Of a DNA stretch of 20,000 nucleotides, positions 17,394 to 20,000 are shown piece by piece; positions within the stretch are counted from its first letter, which is position 1, and the number at the start of each line of letters is the position of its first letter. The position numbers were made by a program, and so were the translations under genes. Source of the stretch: an uncultured virus (IMG/VR IMGVR_UViG_3300042398_000686) (lineage: Duplodnaviria; Heunggongvirae; Uroviricota; Caudoviricetes); IMG/VR virus record IMGVR_UViG_3300042398_000686, positions 51,695 to 71,694 of that record; one strand, written 5' to 3'. The notes below the pieces were generated by a model, which was given only the letters and a program-made list of their open reading frames with translations, made no database searches and was not told the origin of the DNA.

Positions 17394-18595
17394 TATATTG
17401 TATTAGTAGTTTTTGAAAGTAAACTTTCATTAAGTAATGTTTTATTTAATACTTCTAATTTATCTTGAAGAGTAATAGTAGCATCGTTTATAGTCATTAA
17501 TGGGGTACCTTCGGGTTGCGATACTGTGTTAGCTAGATTGGATGAAAAATCACTTAACGTTAATATTAAATCGGATAACCATACATTTAATGAACATCCT
17601 AATATTAATGGTTGCGGAGTAATATTACTATTAGTATATGGTCCTAAAAATACTTGATTATCTTGTAATACAATCCCTACTTTGTTACTTTGCAGATAAA
17701 TAGGTCCTTGAGAATAAGCTTCTACTCCAGTCTTACCAAATATTAATACTTCATCTGATTTAGATGATATAATAGTTCGATCAGCATTTATTATTACTTG
17801 CGGGTTTGTAAAATCTTTAACATTAATCGGGTTAGTAATATTACTTAATACTACATTTCCTGTATCTAAAGGTATAGATTGATTTGAAGTTAAATAAACA
17901 GACGCACCATCTTTATTAATATTTTCAACATATAAATCAGAATTAGGTAATTTTGAATTATGTTGATTAGTTAATAATGTAATAGGATTGTTTTCTAATT
18001 CATTAGGATTAGTAGACCATGGAGATAAATCTTGACTTCCTGCTCTATTAGTACTACCAAAACGAATAGAATTTCCAAATCTACCTTCTAATAAATAATC
18101 TCCTTCAAATGTTTGTAATCCTCTAAAATCTGAGTTTTGATTGAATGAATTATATAATACGTCTTTATCTTCATTTAAAAATAAACCATTAAATTGGGGA
18201 CTATTCCACGCATTAATAACACTTACGTAATAACTTTCCTCAGTTTTATTAGTAATAGGAGAAGGTGCCGATGGTAAATCCATCAACATGACAATTTCTC
18301 CAGGTAAAGGAAAATATTTTTGGTTAGGATATAATGGTAAGGCGGTAGGTAAATCAATTAATTGAGAATCACTTAGTGATTCTAATGGTAATTCAGTATC
18401 TTCTCTATATTCAGCATATAAAATAGTACCGACACCAGCCCATCCTCCATTATTAATCCATACTTGTTGAGGAACACTTTGTTCATCTAATATAACCGCA
18501 TATACTTTCCCTACTTTGTATCCTTGGGGAGCAGTATAATTATTAAAGCCCATATTGGCTGTAATATTAGATAATCCTGTTCTAACTCTAGTCAT
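17393..18595 (-). CDS. Baseplate central spike/hub protein (gp5/gpV-like)
   Basis: N-terminal OB-fold-like GKVYAV...FPLPGEIVML, then EGDYLLEGRFGNSIRFGST, followed by short beta-strand repeats typical of a trimeric beta-helix. Upstream of the gp25/gp6-like genes. Confidence 0.65.
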   Translation of the reverse strand: MTRVRTGLSNITANMGFNNYTAPQGYKVGKVYAVILDEQSVPQQVWINNGGWAGVGTILYAEYREDTELPLESLSDSQLIDLPTALPLYPNQKYFPLPGEIVMLMDLPSAPSPITNKTEESYYVSVINAWNSPQFNGLFLNEDKDVLYNSFNQNSDFRGLQTFEGDYLLEGRFGNSIRFGSTNRAGSQDLSPWSTNPNELENNPITLLTNQHNSKLPNSDLYVENINKDGASVYLTSNQSIPLDTGNVVLSNITNPINVKDFTNPQVIINADRTIISSKSDEVLIFGKTGVEAYSQGPIYLQSNKVGIVLQDNQVFLGPYTNSNITPQPLILGCSLNVWLSDLILTLSDFSSNLANTVSQPEGTPLMTINDATITLQDKLEVLNKTLLNESLLSKTTNTI

Positions 18596-18598
18596 GTT

Positions 18599-18955
18599 TT
18601 ATTCTTTAGAAGGTCCTTCTACTTCATTTCCTATTTCATTTACGGCGGAAAATAGTTGTTCTTTTTCGGCTTCACTTAATATAAAACCACCAATGCTATC
18701 TCCTTCACCTAAAGAAGCAGCACGTTGAACTATACTAGCTAATTTAATTAGTTGCTCATCATTCTTAACACTAATGTTAAGGTAATTTGCAATTAATGGA
18801 ACTATAGTAAGAGCAGAATGGTTATCTGTAATAAATGGTTTTAGAGTACCTATTAATTCTTTGATTTGTTTTTCCTTTTCTTTAGAATTGGCATAAATAT
18901 CTTTTAACAAATCGGAGAATTTTTTATTACCCCATATAGTTTTATCAAAATCCAT
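18599..18955 (-). CDS. Hypothetical protein (helical)
   Basis: 118-aa ORF in the same operon orientation, preceded by the ATATTTATA motif. Confidence 0.75.
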   Translation of the reverse strand: MDFDKTIWGNKKFSDLLKDIYANSKEKEKQIKELIGTLKPFITDNHSALTIVPLIANYLNISVKNDEQLIKLASIVQRAASLGEGDSIGGFILSEAEKEQLFSAVNEIGNEVEGPSKE

Positions 18956-18965
18956 ATAAATTTAT

Positions 18966-18982
18966 TTTATTATAAATATAAA
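18966..18982 (-). promoter_or_regulatory. Putative late promoter motif (TTTATATTTATAATAAA)
   Basis: Intergenic, immediately downstream of the sigma-like gene. The core lies 15 nt upstream of the ATG at 18955. Identical 17-mer at 13467-13483. Confidence 0.6.
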
Positions 18983-18994
18983 AATTAACAAAAA

Positions 18995-19750
18995 TTACAC
19001 ATTGATGTAATTATCTTCATAATATCTATTATATAAATCAATGTATATAACTTTTAATTTTTTAATAATTTTAGTAATTTGAGGAGTATCTACGTCTATC
19101 ATTTCACGAATATAGATGTATAATGCTTTTTTGTTAAATATATCCAATGATTCACATTTACGGAATAATTCAACTACGGCATCTGCTGTTTTAGCATCTA
19201 TTTCTTTAGGAAACAATTTATGAAGATTTTTATCTACATAACGAGTATATAAAGACATAAATTCACTTACACTATAGTCTTGTCCATAATGGTCATTTAT
19301 TATTTCTTCTCGTATAGTTTTATCTTCTTCAATCTCTAATAAATCTCCTTTATCTTGAAGTTTTTGATAGTTTTTCTTATTCTTTAAAATTAAATAACGT
19401 TTAGCTATAGTTCCAAAATAGGAATATGCCTTACCTTTAGCAGGTTTGTATAATTTAAGTTTTTCAAGTAAAAAAGCAATTACTTCTTGTTGTACATCTT
19501 CAACAGATTCACCATCAGTATAGTAAAATTTAAAAGTGTGAATGATGTTTTGAGTCAATTTAAAAAATCCATACTCAATACGTTCACGATAAACTTTATC
19601 TCTAAATTTTTGATCCTGAGATGCTACATATTCTACAATAGCATTCTGAGTGTCTTCAGTAAAGTATGTGTGAGATGTTTTGGGTTTACGTTTACGGGGC
19701 TTACCAGACTTGGTAAGCTCGACCGTTATTACATTATCTTCTAACTCCAT
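18995..19750 (-). CDS. Phage RNA polymerase sigma factor (gp55-like late sigma candidate)
   Basis: Sigma-70 region 2 pattern: EDVQQEVIAFLLEKLKLYKPAKGKAYSYFGTIAKRYLI (compare D..Q.....L......FDP.KG..F.TY....I). Sits at the head of the structural gene block. Confidence 0.75.
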   Translation of the reverse strand: MELEDNVITVELTKSGKPRKRKPKTSHTYFTEDTQNAIVEYVASQDQKFRDKVYRERIEYGFFKLTQNIIHTFKFYYTDGESVEDVQQEVIAFLLEKLKLYKPAKGKAYSYFGTIAKRYLILKNKKNYQKLQDKGDLLEIEEDKTIREEIINDHYGQDYSVSEFMSLYTRYVDKNLHKLFPKEIDAKTADAVVELFRKCESLDIFNKKALYIYIREMIDVDTPQITKIIKKLKVIYIDLYNRYYEDNYINV

Positions 19751-20000
19751 TCAAATTAAAATCATCTAATTCACTCTGTAATGTCTTTACACTCTCAAAA
19801 AACCATCCTATTTCGTCATCGGATTGAAATGTTCCTTTTTCATCAATTTCTCCTAATCGTTTATTAGTAAAATCTACTGTATTAGAAAATTTAGATATGT
19901 ATTGTTCTTGAGAATCTACTATCCTTTCTAATTGTTCAACTTTTTTAAATAAATTGTAAGAAATATATCCTAAAATAAGGACGATACTAATTAAAATAAT
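19734..20000 (-). CDS. 3' part of a small membrane-anchored coiled-coil protein (partial)
   Basis: Not in the ORF track. Manual translation gives IILISIVLILGYISYNLFKKVEQLERIVDSQEQYISKF...GTFQSDDEIGWFFESVKTLQSELDDFNLNGVRR*: a hydrophobic N-terminus followed by a coiled coil. Overlaps the sigma gene start by 17 nt. Confidence 0.75.
   Translation of the reverse strand: MILISIVLILGYISYNLFKKVEQLERIVDSQEQYISKFSNTVDFTNKRLGEIDEKGTFQSDDEIGWFFESVKTLQSELDDFNLNGVRR

Noticed and set aside
13488..18595. Bacterial extracellular contractile injection system or T6SS locus
   Set aside because: The gp25/gp6/gp5-like genes are flanked by a phage primase, nuclease and sigma factor in a dense single-strand layout, which fits a phage genome.
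14146..19744. Short plus-strand ORFs (14146..14388, 15593..15778, 16108..16365, 19487..19744)
   Set aside because: All are antisense to well-supported genes and lack recognisable motifs.
1..20000. Alternative genetic code (stop codon reassignment)
   Set aside because: Standard-code ORFs tile the window almost completely, with TAATG/ATGA overlaps and no fragmentation at TAG or TGA.

Overview
This is a very AT-rich, gene-dense window from a large myophage (contractile-tail, distantly T4-like) genome. All credible genes are on the minus strand and read normally in the standard bacterial code. In transcription order (right to left): a partial membrane-anchored protein; a phage sigma factor (gp55-like late sigma candidate); a baseplate module (gp5-like spike/hub, coiled-coil protein, gp25-like, gp6/J-like, DNRLRE-like protein, 1615-aa gp7/P2-I-like protein); a set of related tail/baseplate-fibre genes including two mucin-like (Thr-Pro-Ser) repeat proteins with small Cys-rich domains; a stand-alone GIY-YIG nuclease; a DnaG-type primase; and the start of a probable exonuclease. 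A Bacteroidota-type promoter before the primase and the lack of Shine-Dalgarno sites suggest a Bacteroidota host. Four observations stand out. (1) A paralog of the 340-aa gene is split in two, with about 2.8 kb of Ig-like, mucin-like and Cys-module coding sequence between the halves. (2) The long S/T/P stalks, plus a strongly recurrent [S/T]-[G/A/S]-S motif in a subset of virion proteins, hint at a glycosylated or otherwise modified virion surface. (3) A conserved ATATTTATA leader motif, the reverse complement of the T4 late promoter, lies downstream of the sigma gene. (4) Small Cys-paired modules are inserted into structural proteins. All family calls come from motif recognition by eye; no database searches were run.
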